Part shown: positions 10,715-20,769 of the stretch, in pieces | How positions within the stretch are numbered: the first letter of the stretch is position 1 | Layout: each line of letters opens with the position of its first letter | DNA from: an uncultured bacterium | Lineage (GTDB): Bacteria; Oederibacteriota; PGYV01; CAWJRG01 | Length of the DNA: 64,000 nucleotides | Assembly (NCBI GenBank): GCA_963845185.1 | Contig: CAWJRG010000005.1 | Location: 576,001 to 640,000 of the forward strand | Reading direction: 5' to 3' | Notes under the pieces: model-generated | Seen by the model: only the letters and a program-made list of their open reading frames with translations | Told to the model about the DNA's origin: nothing | Databases searched by the model: none | Translations under genes and position numbers: made by a program

Positions 10715-12377
10715 ATTTGTTTTCCAATATTTGTTTTCCGGTTTGAGTTGTTCTGATACCCTTTTCATCAAATTCAATCAAATGCAGATCCATCATTATT
10801 CTGATTGCCTGTCTTAGCCTTGGATTTGTAAGCGTTGGTACTATATTATCTTTCACAACGCATGATATTTTTTCATCATCTAAGACAAATTTAAAGGTTG
10901 ATTGACCCTGTTCCCCAAGTTTTATAGCAGCTACATTGATGTGCCTTTTTATTACAAAATTTTTTATAATATAATTTATAAATTCTTCTACTGGTTTATT
11001 TGCATACTGTTCACTATATTTTTTTAAAGTTAATAGATTTACAGGATGCTCAGTAAAAAAATATTCATCAAATTTGAAAAGTTTATACTCATCTGCATTT
11101 ATTCTTCCTATTTGTCTAAAAATTAAATATGAACTTAAAACAAGCGCCTTCTCATAGGTATCCGAATTTTGAAGTAATTCAAAAAGTTTTCTATCACTTT
11201 CATCCTTAAATGGCGAGGATTCATCTTCTTGAATAGTTCGTTTTGTAATTTTTAAATATTCAGAAAGTTTAACCTCTTTAATTGGTTTAATACCATATTT
11301 TAGTCCTTCTTCCATTCTAGCTTTAGTTATTTTAGACATATGAGTTACTATATTGTCGGTTTTTTGATTATAAAAAATTGGTTCTTTTATGATTTCTAAA
11401 ATCGACCACATAAAATGTTCCAACGAGTAATTAACAAGTTCCTGCAATTGATAAATACGCCATTTTTCCCTTGTTTCTTCCAATTCTTTATCTATTATCC
11501 ATTTTTTACCATCAGGTAAACATTTAAACATACAACACCAACGAAATTCATCTACAGCTGAATCCATATCCTTGATTCGGTTGAAATTTTCAAAAAATGA
11601 TAATATAAGCTTCAAAGAATTTATTCTATTGGATAATTCAAATGATAATTGAGATTTTTTTGATATTTCCGAAAACCCAAAGAAATAATCTATTAGAAAG
11701 AGGCATTCTTTGCTATCTTTTTTTATCTTCCATGGCGGAACTGTATTTATCATCTTTTTCAAGTCTTCAAAATTAACTTCATTGTCTTCCGCAATTTCGT
11801 GCAGTAAATTAAAATCACCACTTTCTTCAACAGCTTTAACAAGTGGAATTCCTATTTGATGTGTTATGTTTTTATCTGGAATCCCCTGACGCTCGCTTGT
11901 TATCCTCAAAGTGTCCAATTGAGTTTTATAATATTGGTCAAGGCCTCCTTCTTTATTTAAAAAGTAACTATCAGAATCTCTGCTTCCCCTAGGATTTAAT
12001 ACAACATAATTTGTTATTGATATATTTTTCTTGTTTTTTTCAATAGCTTCTCTAATTACTGCTCTTGCCTTATCTGAACCTACTACAGCACCACCGACAA
12101 AATCCTGCTTGGCCTCTCCGGATTCTATTGCGTAGTTTGACGCTAAAGCAAATATAAAATCGTGTTTTCTAAGAAAAATAAACCAATCTTTATGGATTTT
12201 TGGATCAAATTTGTATATAACCCATGGATAAAAGCTAAAATAACGTGCTCTGTCGGTAACGTTTGTTATACCAGGCAATAGCTCAGAATATATATTTACA
12301 GATATTGTTTGAATACCGAGGTGATCTCTTCCTTCGCTGCGATAATGTTCCCTATCCAGCCAGTCAATATCTGTCAT
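10704..12377 (-). CDS. Conserved hypothetical protein, candidate defence-system subunit
   Basis: 557 aa from ATG 12377; N-terminal GRDHLG..LLPGITNVTDRARYFSFYPW and C-terminal TNPRL..AIRIMMDLHLI; 11-nt overlap with the PLD gene. The true start may be 12408 with a 1-nt indel. Confidence 0.75.
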   Translation of the reverse strand: MTDIDWLDREHYRSEGRDHLGIQTISVNIYSELLPGITNVTDRARYFSFYPWVIYKFDPKIHKDWFIFLRKHDFIFALASNYAIESGEAKQDFVGGAVVGSDKARAVIREAIEKNKKNISITNYVVLNPRGSRDSDSYFLNKEGGLDQYYKTQLDTLRITSERQGIPDKNITHQIGIPLVKAVEESGDFNLLHEIAEDNEVNFEDLKKMINTVPPWKIKKDSKECLFLIDYFFGFSEISKKSQLSFELSNRINSLKLILSFFENFNRIKDMDSAVDEFRWCCMFKCLPDGKKWIIDKELEETREKWRIYQLQELVNYSLEHFMWSILEIIKEPIFYNQKTDNIVTHMSKITKARMEEGLKYGIKPIKEVKLSEYLKITKRTIQEDESSPFKDESDRKLFELLQNSDTYEKALVLSSYLIFRQIGRINADEYKLFKFDEYFFTEHPVNLLTLKKYSEQYANKPVEEFINYIIKNFVIKRHINVAAIKLGEQGQSTFKFVLDDEKISCVVKDNIVPTLTNPRLRQAIRIMMDLHLIEFDEKGIRTTQTGKQILENKYAI

Positions 12378-12496
12378 CTTGCTTTTGCTCAGCAAAATAT
12401 TTATTCATTCTAATTTTTCTCCTGAATCTTTCATCGTCCCCACATTGAGCTTACTTTCAACAATTGCAGGTTTTTTCTGCGCATATTATTTTTATC

Positions 12497-14329
12497 TTAT
12501 ATCCTTCCTGTTTCCTTGTTCATATCCAGTATTTCCCTATTTATTTCCATTTTCTGCATTTCTTCCAGGGATAATGGCATCACTATTGACCAATTTTTCT
12601 CTCCCATAGTCCCGGGCGTGTTCACGCGTAAGTCGTGCTTATCCCATTTTTCAAAATAATCACCGAGCGACAGTAAATCCTGTATTAGCTGTATGCTGAA
12701 AATCGAGGCAGTGCTGCCTGACTTGCTTATGGCCGCCCTGATAAATTTTTTTGTGGTTTCATGGACAGGGCTCCCTTCCATGCCTACATATTTCATAAAT
12801 TTTTCTTTTTCATCATAGCTTTCCCTGTGCATGTCATAAAACATCCAGGCCTGGTCCCTTGTTTTGCCGATAACCCTGAGAACTTCATCCGGCGAACTGA
12901 TTTCCTGTTTCCATCTCAGCCTTACAGCCTGCGGTTTTGATTTGGCAAAAAGTTTGCTTTTTATTTCCTCAAGGTTGAATCCTTTTTCTTCGCATACCTT
13001 GGCGACCAGCATGGCGTCCACTGTGCCTGCCTCGTTTTCCCACCATGTCGCAAGCGGTGTCATGTCATGGCTTGAAATTATCGCTATTGAATTTTCCCTG
13101 TATTTTTCAGCCGGCTTAAAATCATAGGTATTGCCCCAGTCGCGCGTCCACCTCTGCACGTCCATACCCGGTATTGCGAATTCCTTCAAAGTCTCGAACG
13201 AACACGCAGGCACCACGCCAAGGTCCTCTGCGCACGGCAGCATTTTTGAGTTATCAGTCATAGCTTTTAAAATCTTTTGGCCATGCTCTTTCCATACTTC
13301 ATGCTTTTCCGGATCAAACCTTCCGTTTAACCCGTACGTGTCAACAGGCTCGTCAAGCTTTATTGTCCATAGTCTGAAAAGCCCGACAAAATGGTCTATC
13401 CTGAACATGTCGTAGAAATTCTCCTCGAATTTTACCTTTTCAACCAGGTAATCAAACTTGTTCTTTTCTATATTTTCCCAGTTATACGGCGGCATGCCCC
13501 ATCTCTGGCCCTTTGCGAAATACATGTCGGTTGGCGCGCCCGAAGAAAGGTTCAGCTTGAAATAATCCTGCTTTGCCCACACATCCGCACTGTCTCGTGC
13601 GACTAAAAAAGGGAGGTCTCCCTGCAAAAACACGCTGTTATCGTTTGCGTATTGCTTTACATCCTTAAACTGCAGGTACAGTTGCCACTGCATCCACATG
13701 TGGAAGTTAACTCTTTCAAAATTTTCTTTACGGAAATCTTCTACGCTGTCTCCGTCGTTAAACTTGTATTTGTCTTTCCAGGATTCCCAGCCTTTTTCCA
13801 TGTTTTTCTCTTTTAATACCTTGAAAACCGCGTAATCATTTAGCCAAAAACTGTTTTTATTTGCGAAATCCTCGTATTCTTCCGGACATTCTTTTAGCGA
13901 ATCGAACATATTCCATAAAATTTCAAGTTTTGCCTGCTTTATATTATAATTAACCCTTTTCTTGCCGCACGGGAATTTTTGTTTTAATCCCTCAATGCCT
14001 TTTTCAAACTGCTTCATGTCAACGCCTTTTATGTTCCGCAAAGATAAGTACATTGGTTCGAGCGCAAAAGTGCTCTGGCACGAATAAGGAGCGAAATCAA
14101 AGCCAACATCGTTCATCGGCAAAAGCTGTATAATGCTGGAGCCTGTTTTTTTGCACCACTCGACTAGCAGTTTTATATCCGGTATCTCGCCTATGCCAAT
14201 GGAATCACCTGAGTAAATTGAAAAAAGCGGCGCAAGAATGCCTGCCCGCCTATTTGCTCCGAATTTTTTCCACTGTTTTGCGGTCTTTGAATTTAAGAAG
14301 TAATCATATATTCCACTGTAATTGTTCAT
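12497..14329 (-). CDS. malQ: 4-alpha-glucanotransferase (GH77)
   Basis: IQLLP, GDLP, GAPTD..GQRWGMPPYNW, RIDHFVG, AEDLG, SSHD and VNTPGT..NW motifs; start moved to the ATG overlapping the upstream TGA. Confidence 0.92.
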   Translation of the reverse strand: MNNYSGIYDYFLNSKTAKQWKKFGANRRAGILAPLFSIYSGDSIGIGEIPDIKLLVEWCKKTGSSIIQLLPMNDVGFDFAPYSCQSTFALEPMYLSLRNIKGVDMKQFEKGIEGLKQKFPCGKKRVNYNIKQAKLEILWNMFDSLKECPEEYEDFANKNSFWLNDYAVFKVLKEKNMEKGWESWKDKYKFNDGDSVEDFRKENFERVNFHMWMQWQLYLQFKDVKQYANDNSVFLQGDLPFLVARDSADVWAKQDYFKLNLSSGAPTDMYFAKGQRWGMPPYNWENIEKNKFDYLVEKVKFEENFYDMFRIDHFVGLFRLWTIKLDEPVDTYGLNGRFDPEKHEVWKEHGQKILKAMTDNSKMLPCAEDLGVVPACSFETLKEFAIPGMDVQRWTRDWGNTYDFKPAEKYRENSIAIISSHDMTPLATWWENEAGTVDAMLVAKVCEEKGFNLEEIKSKLFAKSKPQAVRLRWKQEISSPDEVLRVIGKTRDQAWMFYDMHRESYDEKEKFMKYVGMEGSPVHETTKKFIRAAISKSGSTASIFSIQLIQDLLSLGDYFEKWDKHDLRVNTPGTMGEKNWSIVMPLSLEEMQKMEINREILDMNKETGRI

Positions 14330-14772
14330 TTTGTCCTTTTCATTTCCACAGACCATGTCGATATTTTTTTATTTCCCTTGAAAAGATGGCCCGCTGCTTT
14401 ATATGTGTCTTTGCTGACCATTTTCATTATTTCAACCCCGGCGTATTCAAGGTTTTCCGAGTAATACATGAATATTATTGAATTGCCCGCCAGAATTAAT
14501 TTTCCCACTATCCTTCCAAGCGGCTTGTTGTCTGATATCCATATTGTGTAATCAGTGCCCTTTTCAAAAGGCATGATATTATAATTATTTTTTATTTCCA
14601 CCGCTTCTCCAACCGGAGGAAGGTAACGCAGGGATGTCTCATTAAGCCACGCGCCTTCCTCGCTGTGCGTTACTTTCGCGTAGCCCTGTGCAGGCAGCTT
14701 CCTTCCCTGCTCGTCTATATACTTTCCCCTTGTTTCCCAGTATCCAGGCTCGATTAAAAAAGTGTGTTTCAT
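14326..14772 (-). CDS. Hypothetical protein
   Basis: AGGAG SD before ATG 14772; ATGA overlap with malQ. Confidence 0.7.
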   Translation of the reverse strand: MKHTFLIEPGYWETRGKYIDEQGRKLPAQGYAKVTHSEEGAWLNETSLRYLPPVGEAVEIKNNYNIMPFEKGTDYTIWISDNKPLGRIVGKLILAGNSIIFMYYSENLEYAGVEIMKMVSKDTYKAAGHLFKGNKKISTWSVEMKRTK

Positions 14773-14864
14773 GTTTTTGCTCCTATTCAAGTAATATTCA
14801 ATTTCCAGTTTTCAATTATCAAGGAGAAACCTTAATTGAAAATTGACAATTCTTAATTGATAAT

Positions 14865-15512
14865 TTACTTAAACACCTCCCCTGTTTCCTTTGCCCAAAG
14901 TATAAGGTCGAGTGATGCCATGGGAACTTTTATTTTTTTTGCGAATTTTTTCATCTTTTGTTCTATCTCAAGGTATCTTTCCCTGTTCAGGCTTTCAGGC
15001 ACTTTGCTTATCACCCCGAGCCATTTCAGGTTTCTGAGTATGTGCCTGTCGAGTATTGCTATGTCGTCGCCGAACCCAACGTTCCTTAAAAAATGGCTTG
15101 CCTCCTTGTAACCGTAACCTTTTATATTTTTCACGAACCACTCCCTCATTATGTATACATTGTCAAATCCGCCCATAAACTTTTTTATTTCAGCTTTCCC
15201 GTCTTTGACGAACTTATTCCTTGCCTCGACCAGGTACTTTGCCTTTTTATATTTAAACCTGGCAAAGGTAAGCTCGTTTAATATTTGTTTCTCGCTGCCA
15301 AAAAGCAGAAGGTCTTTTTTCAGGATATTTTCTACGCATGCCCAGCAGCCTTTTGCCTTTGACTGCGGCGTCAAAATGCAGAAAGCAAGCTCAGAAAGTA
15401 CTTCAATGTCGCTCCCATTTTCCCATTTTGCCCTGAATTCCGCAAGCCGGGCTTTAATCTGTTTTTTCTTTTCTTTATAGACCTTTTTTACTTCATTTAA
15501 TGTTGTGTTCAA
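14865..15512 (-). CDS. ogg: 8-oxoguanine N-glycosylase / DNA lyase (Thermotoga/archaeal type)
   Basis: ELAFCILT, IKGYGYKEASHFLRNVG (HhH), AILDRHILR and LDLILW motifs. Confidence 0.88.
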   Translation of the reverse strand: MNTTLNEVKKVYKEKKKQIKARLAEFRAKWENGSDIEVLSELAFCILTPQSKAKGCWACVENILKKDLLLFGSEKQILNELTFARFKYKKAKYLVEARNKFVKDGKAEIKKFMGGFDNVYIMREWFVKNIKGYGYKEASHFLRNVGFGDDIAILDRHILRNLKWLGVISKVPESLNRERYLEIEQKMKKFAKKIKVPMASLDLILWAKETGEVFK

Positions 15513-15540
15513 GTTTTTCCTTTATTCTGTAAAAAATTTT

Positions 15541-15681
15541 CCTTCCCCCTCGAAGGGGGAAGGCCAGGATGAGGGTGATGCAGCAGCAATACGCATATCA
15601 CATTCTTAACTTTTTTGCTACAGTTTCTGCCGCTACTACACCCTCACCCTACCCTCTCCCGTCGGTGGAGAGGGTATCACT
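15541..15681. repeat. ~140-bp double-hairpin REP/MITE-like element, copy 1
   Basis: ccttccccct-cga-agggggaagg ... gatgagggtg / caccctcacc ... taccctctcc/ggagagggta; same architecture at 38548-38679. Confidence 0.8.
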
Positions 15682-16612
15682 ATTTTTTAACGTGTTCCTG
15701 AAAGAAATTCCATATCTCCTCTTCCATTACAACATCTTTGCTTGTTTTTCCTATTATTCTTTCCGGCAGGTACTGCGGCCCGCCCGGCCAGGTATGCCCG
15801 CCGTTGTTTATTTTATATAAAATGACATCTGCATCATCCTTGTCTTTGCTTTTATAGGTTATTTTCTCAGTATCCACTCCGTCGTTTATATCTTTGTCTA
15901 TTTTTTCAATTAAAGTCGCGCTTGCGTCGCAGTTGTTTATTAGTATCCAGAGCTTTACTGTTTCGTCTGTTGATTTTACCTTGCCGCGGGTTTTCCTGCC
16001 CACAGTCACATACCCGCCCGTATAAGGCATGAGAGGGTCTTGCGTGCCATTCATAATTATAATCGGGACTTTCTGCTTTGGCTTACACGTGTCATATATT
16101 TCCACTGGCACATTGGCAATTACAGCCGCAGCTGCGGCTATCTTGTCCGATAATTCGCAGGCAAGCCTTAAAGTCATTGTGCCGCCGTTGGAAACTCCTG
16201 TAATATATACCTTGCGTGGGTCGAGGTCAAATGCCATTTCCAGTTTATATATTAAAGCCGATATAAAACCCACATCGTTTACATTAAGCCTTGATGCCCT
16301 GCTCTGTTTGAACTCCCTGCCGTCATTCCAGTTGCCTTCAAACGCGTCAGGATAGCAGGCAATAAATCCTTTTTCATCAGCCAGCGTGTCGTATTTCATT
16401 ACTCTTTCCATGCGTACGGCGCTTCCCGAGCCTCCGTGGAGAATAATGACCAGGCCCGGCGGCACCTGTTTCGTGTAGTTCGCCGGGAAATGCACAATAT
16501 ATTCCCTTTTCTTTCCTTCGAATATAATACAATCCCTTTGCCCTTCCGCAAAAACCTCAACAGCGCAAAACAGGGCTGCCAATACTGTAAAAAATATTTT
16601 TAATCCTTTCAT
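15680..16612 (-). CDS. Secreted esterase, PHB-depolymerase/LpqC-like alpha/beta hydrolase
   Basis: Signal peptide; LHGG, DVGFI, GVSNGG nucleophile elbow, GTQDP and GGHTWPG. Confidence 0.85.
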   Translation of the reverse strand: MKGLKIFFTVLAALFCAVEVFAEGQRDCIIFEGKKREYIVHFPANYTKQVPPGLVIILHGGSGSAVRMERVMKYDTLADEKGFIACYPDAFEGNWNDGREFKQSRASRLNVNDVGFISALIYKLEMAFDLDPRKVYITGVSNGGTMTLRLACELSDKIAAAAAVIANVPVEIYDTCKPKQKVPIIIMNGTQDPLMPYTGGYVTVGRKTRGKVKSTDETVKLWILINNCDASATLIEKIDKDINDGVDTEKITYKSKDKDDADVILYKINNGGHTWPGGPQYLPERIIGKTSKDVVMEEEIWNFFQEHVKK

Positions 16613-16728
16613 CCTATGGTCTCCATATGTCATATTTTTAATACATTAGACTATAACATATAGTAAAAAAAAGTAAAAAGTTTTTTATGCTGCAGGATTG
16701 AATTTATGCAAAAAAGGGGGCGTATTAT

Positions 16729-17781
16729 CTAGTTATGAATGACATAATATATGTCAGCGCCAAAAACCGGGTTGGAATTATTGTCAGTCAAAACATGCAC
16801 AAAATACATGGTTTTTCCGTCGCTTGTCAGTGATGGAGATCCCACCTGGCCCTGCATAACAAGCAAAGGCGTCTGCCATACTCCTCCGCTGTATATTGAA
16901 CTGTAGATTGCCATGCCAATGCCGTTCCTGTCGGACACAAAATACATTGTATTCGGGTCGTTTGCAGCGAACGCCACCTGCTCGTCGTTGCTGGCGGAAT
17001 TTATAGGCGCACCTATATTCACAGCAGCTGTCCAGGATACACCTGTCCATGTGGAGTAATATATGTCATTCCCGCCAAGCCCTCCGGGCCTGTTGGACGC
17101 GAAATAAATCGTGTTCCCGTCAGGACTCAGCCCAGGTTCACCGTCGGAATAAATGGAATTGACCGCGGTCCCGAGGTTTGTGGCAGGGCTTGCTGTATTG
17201 CCGCTCAATGTCGCGACATAAACGTCAAGCGTGTCGGAAACAGGTGTGGGCTGCTGATACCCTGTGTTTTCTGACCGTGTGGAATGAAAATATACCTTGT
17301 CTTTTGCCTGTGTGAGCCTCGGATGTCCGTCGCATGCTCCGTTTGTGCCCTTGCGCAAATCAAGGAAATAAGGCGTGCCGAATTCGCCCGGGCCCCCTGT
17401 ATTCTGTGCGTAATATACGCCTGTTGTGCCGTAAAGCAAATCAGCCGATGAAGGGTTGATCCCCGGCGACCAGTAAAAATACAGCGTCTGGCCGTCAGCG
17501 GTAATGAAAGCGTCGTCGTCCGGGCAGTTATCGTTCACGGGTGGGCTTACTTTCTGCGGCGCACCCCAGTCGGTCGTGTCAACAGTCTGAGGCGCCACAA
17601 GGTCTGTGCGGGTTATTATGCATGTGCATGTGGGCCGCGGGTCTCCATTATAAATGGCAAAAATCGGCACAGTCGTGGGTGTATTTGCCGGATGAGACGG
17701 GCTTTTTTTCGAGCAATTAAGGCTTGATAAAAAAATTAAAAGCGCTGTAAAAATAATCAGGATGGCTTTATTAGCACTCAT
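16729..17781 (-). CDS. Lipoprotein with PD40/TolB-like beta-propeller repeats
   Basis: Lipobox SLNC; repeats SPDGNTIYFASNRPGG.GGNDIY; AGGAG SD before ATG 17781. Confidence 0.75.
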   Translation of the reverse strand: MSANKAILIIFTALLIFLSSLNCSKKSPSHPANTPTTVPIFAIYNGDPRPTCTCIITRTDLVAPQTVDTTDWGAPQKVSPPVNDNCPDDDAFITADGQTLYFYWSPGINPSSADLLYGTTGVYYAQNTGGPGEFGTPYFLDLRKGTNGACDGHPRLTQAKDKVYFHSTRSENTGYQQPTPVSDTLDVYVATLSGNTASPATNLGTAVNSIYSDGEPGLSPDGNTIYFASNRPGGLGGNDIYYSTWTGVSWTAAVNIGAPINSASNDEQVAFAANDPNTMYFVSDRNGIGMAIYSSIYSGGVWQTPLLVMQGQVGSPSLTSDGKTMYFVHVLTDNNSNPVFGADIYYVIHN

Positions 17782-17891
17782 TTTTTCTCCTGTCAACCCT
17801 TGGTGGCTTACAACATTAAGTATACTCACTGTTATTATATCTGTCAACTTCTTGGCCGGAATATTTTTCAATTCATCCCCGAACCATAGTA

Positions 17892-20599
17892 TTAAAACAC
17901 CAGCGTGTTTACCCTTAACAACAAATCAACGCCAAGTTTTTCTTCTTTATTCATCACAAGCCTTGCGCCCATGTCTACAGGCACGACAAAAGCAACATGG
18001 GTTTCCAGATGCAGCTCAACTCCGCAGGAAGCCTGCGTCTCGGCGTCCGTGGAGTCAAAATCGCCGAAAACCAGACCGCAAAGGTCCTCGATATAAAAAT
18101 TCACGGGGTTCCATAATCCGCTCCTTATCTTTAAAAGCGGCCTTGAATACTGCAGTGTAATCTCGCTTCCCTTTTTCCTGCCGGCGGATTTTTATAGCCC
18201 GGTATTTGGGGTAGTATGCTGTCCTGGGTTCCGGGCCCCACAGGCACGCCCTTATAACCCGGAATTTCCTGAAGGCTGCTGTACGGGAGGTCCGGGTTGT
18301 ACGCCGCAGCCGCGTAACCGGCAATGGCGCTGTCCCCTGCATACTGGTTAAGCCACGAGCTGAAATAAACCGCGTTCCTCTGCACGTAAGAGCCTGTGTA
18401 TTTGTTTTCAAAAGGGCTGCCTATCATAAAATCAAGCATAGTAAAAGGGTAATTAAAACCGAACTGCAGGTACGGCTGGGCTTCCTTCCTGCCGAAATTT
18501 TCAATCATATTGTAGTTAAGGCCGGCATATATATACGATATTCCCGGCAGGAGCCTGAGCAGCAGCGGGTATTCCGCCCCTGCGCTTAAAAACCTGTTCG
18601 TTATGTCGTTGAAATTGAGCTGGGTCACGAGAGGCGCGAAGAAAAAATTCTGGAACAGCACGTTGAACAGGGGTTTCAGGTGGTCAAAATCGTAAAGGCA
18701 CTGCGCGTCATAATTGAAATCCCCTATGGCGTCCCCCGACAAAAAATCCATGCCCGCAATTATGTTTCTTACAAGCATCCCGGTGACCGTCCCGGAATAT
18801 ATCATGGGCGCCCTGACCTGAGGAAAAAGCGTGGTAAGGTTGTCCAGGTATCCGCCCTTTGAAATTTCATGCTCGTCAAGTTCAAAAACAGGCATTATGG
18901 TCGCAGGCAGTTTTTCCATATTATAAGGCTTGAGCTCTATATTTTCGGTGTAAATATCATTGCCGCCGGAACCTATCCCGGCATAATACAGCGCGTTGTT
19001 TTCCCCGTCAAAAGCGGGGTTGACTGCGTAACCGTGCTCGGTCACCCTGTAAATTTTTTTGTTTGTAAAATTATAGCAGTAAACCGACCATTTGCTGCCG
19101 TAATTTGCCGAGAAAAACATTTTATCCCCGCAAAGCAGCGGGTCTTTCGCAATAAAAGGATTCTTGACAAGTTTGGTCATTGTTCCGCTGTCCAGATCCA
19201 GCAGATACAAGCCCGGGTTTTCCCAGTCGGTTTTTGCCGACAGGACAATCCTTCTGCCGTCGCAGTCCATGTTATCTACGGTATAATCCCTGGAAAAAAG
19301 GAGCGTCTTTTTCTTTTTATCCGTGTTATAAACAAAAATTTCCGAGCTTGCCTTGTCCTTCACGTCCCTTGTATAAAGTATATTGCCGTTTTCAAGCACG
19401 CAAAAAGACCTGATGCTGTCCCCGAATATCTCCCTCTCCTCCATGGTTTCCATGTCTATCTCGCACAGCACGGTATACACCGCGTATGTCAGGTACGAGG
19501 TGTTTGCGTACCCGCTGCCTTTCAGCTCAAGCTGCGTGAAATACAGTTTCCCGTTTTTTATTTTCATCCCGCTGTTTAAGTCAGATGTTGTCGAATATAT
19601 TGTCCTTTCTTTGCCTGTCGCGGCGTCGCGCTCGATTATTTCATTAAACGCGTAAGACGCAAAAGCTCCTGTCTTCACCGGGTAATAGCGCTCGTAATAC
19701 AGTTTCCCGTTGCTGAAAATAAGCCCGAAAATGTTCCATCCGTACCGGGTGAGCCGCGTGCCTTCGCAGAAGAAATCCTTGTACCTGTCCGCCTCGAAAT
19801 CCTGCCAGTCTTTCCACAGGTCAAGGGTCGGCTTGCCGTAAATCTCGTAAAAAGTCCTGTCCATTCCCAGGAACGGGCATACTACAGACAAATACGACAT
19901 GAGAGACGACCCGTAAGATTTAAAAAACTGCGCGAATTTATCCTCGCCGTACTGGATGGAAAGGTATTTAAGGAACCCGCTGCCGTAAAGGTACCACCCG
20001 TCGCCTCCCGGGAATTCAAGCGGGCCGTAAGTTGCTTTTAATATGGAACCCTGGTTCTTGTCCTGCGCTTCTGCGGCCAGGTACGCGTCAAAAACACCGT
20101 CGTTTAACCTGCCCTGGTATTTTGAGATATATGATTCGTCATAAACCGCTATGCCTTCAGTCATCCAGCCCGGTGCGAAAATGTTCGGGCCAAGCTCCCT
20201 TCCGAACAGCGTTGTCAATACGCCTGGCGCGCCGCTTGTCTCGGTCAGATGCAGCATATGCGTATATTCGTGGATGCCGGCAAGCTGCCACCAGTTTTCT
20301 ATGTCAGGCTCGGCATAATTTAACAGGTGTATGTTGTAGTAAACCGGGTCTGTTGCGCCGTTTGAAACCTGGCCTACGTCCTCCAGAACAAACGGCACAT
20401 CATAAATTTTGTTGCCTGTTACTTTTTCAGGTATGTCCTTGAACTGCTCCATTATATTCAATATCTGGTATGCGGAATTCTCATAGCCCTCTTTGTAAAA
20501 TATGATAAAGTCCTTGGTTTTTATGCTTTCCCAGTCAGGCCACGCGAAAAGGAGTGATGAAAGCATTATTGCGGCTAAAATGATAAATATGCGTTTCAT
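17892..20599 (-). CDS. Secreted/outer-membrane protein: HExxH metallopeptidase-like domain, beta-propeller and probable C-terminal beta-barrel; frameshift near 18172
   Basis: HEYTH..PGWMTEGIA motif; TolB-like middle region; adding one base to the A5 run (18172-18176) joins the 871-aa ORF to the 17892-18104 ORF, which ends in F. Confidence 0.7.
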
Positions 20600-20606
20600 T
20601 TGCATA

Positions 20607-20753
20607 TAACAGGTTGCTGAAAAACCAGTGATTTTTTCATTGCGAGCGACCATCGGGAGCGTGGCAATCTCGTTTTTTACTTTAAAAGCTGGATTGCTTC
20701 GTCGCTTCGCTCCTCGCAATGACACCATAAAATTGTTTTCCGACACGCTGTTA
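20607..20753. mobile_element. MITE-like element with imperfect terminal inverted repeats enclosing a palindrome
   Basis: Ends taacaggttgctgaaaaac / gttttccgacacgctgtta; internal tcattgcgag...gcaatc / gattgc...ctcgcaatga. Confidence 0.65.
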
Positions 20754-20769
20754 GTCTCCTTATAATTTT

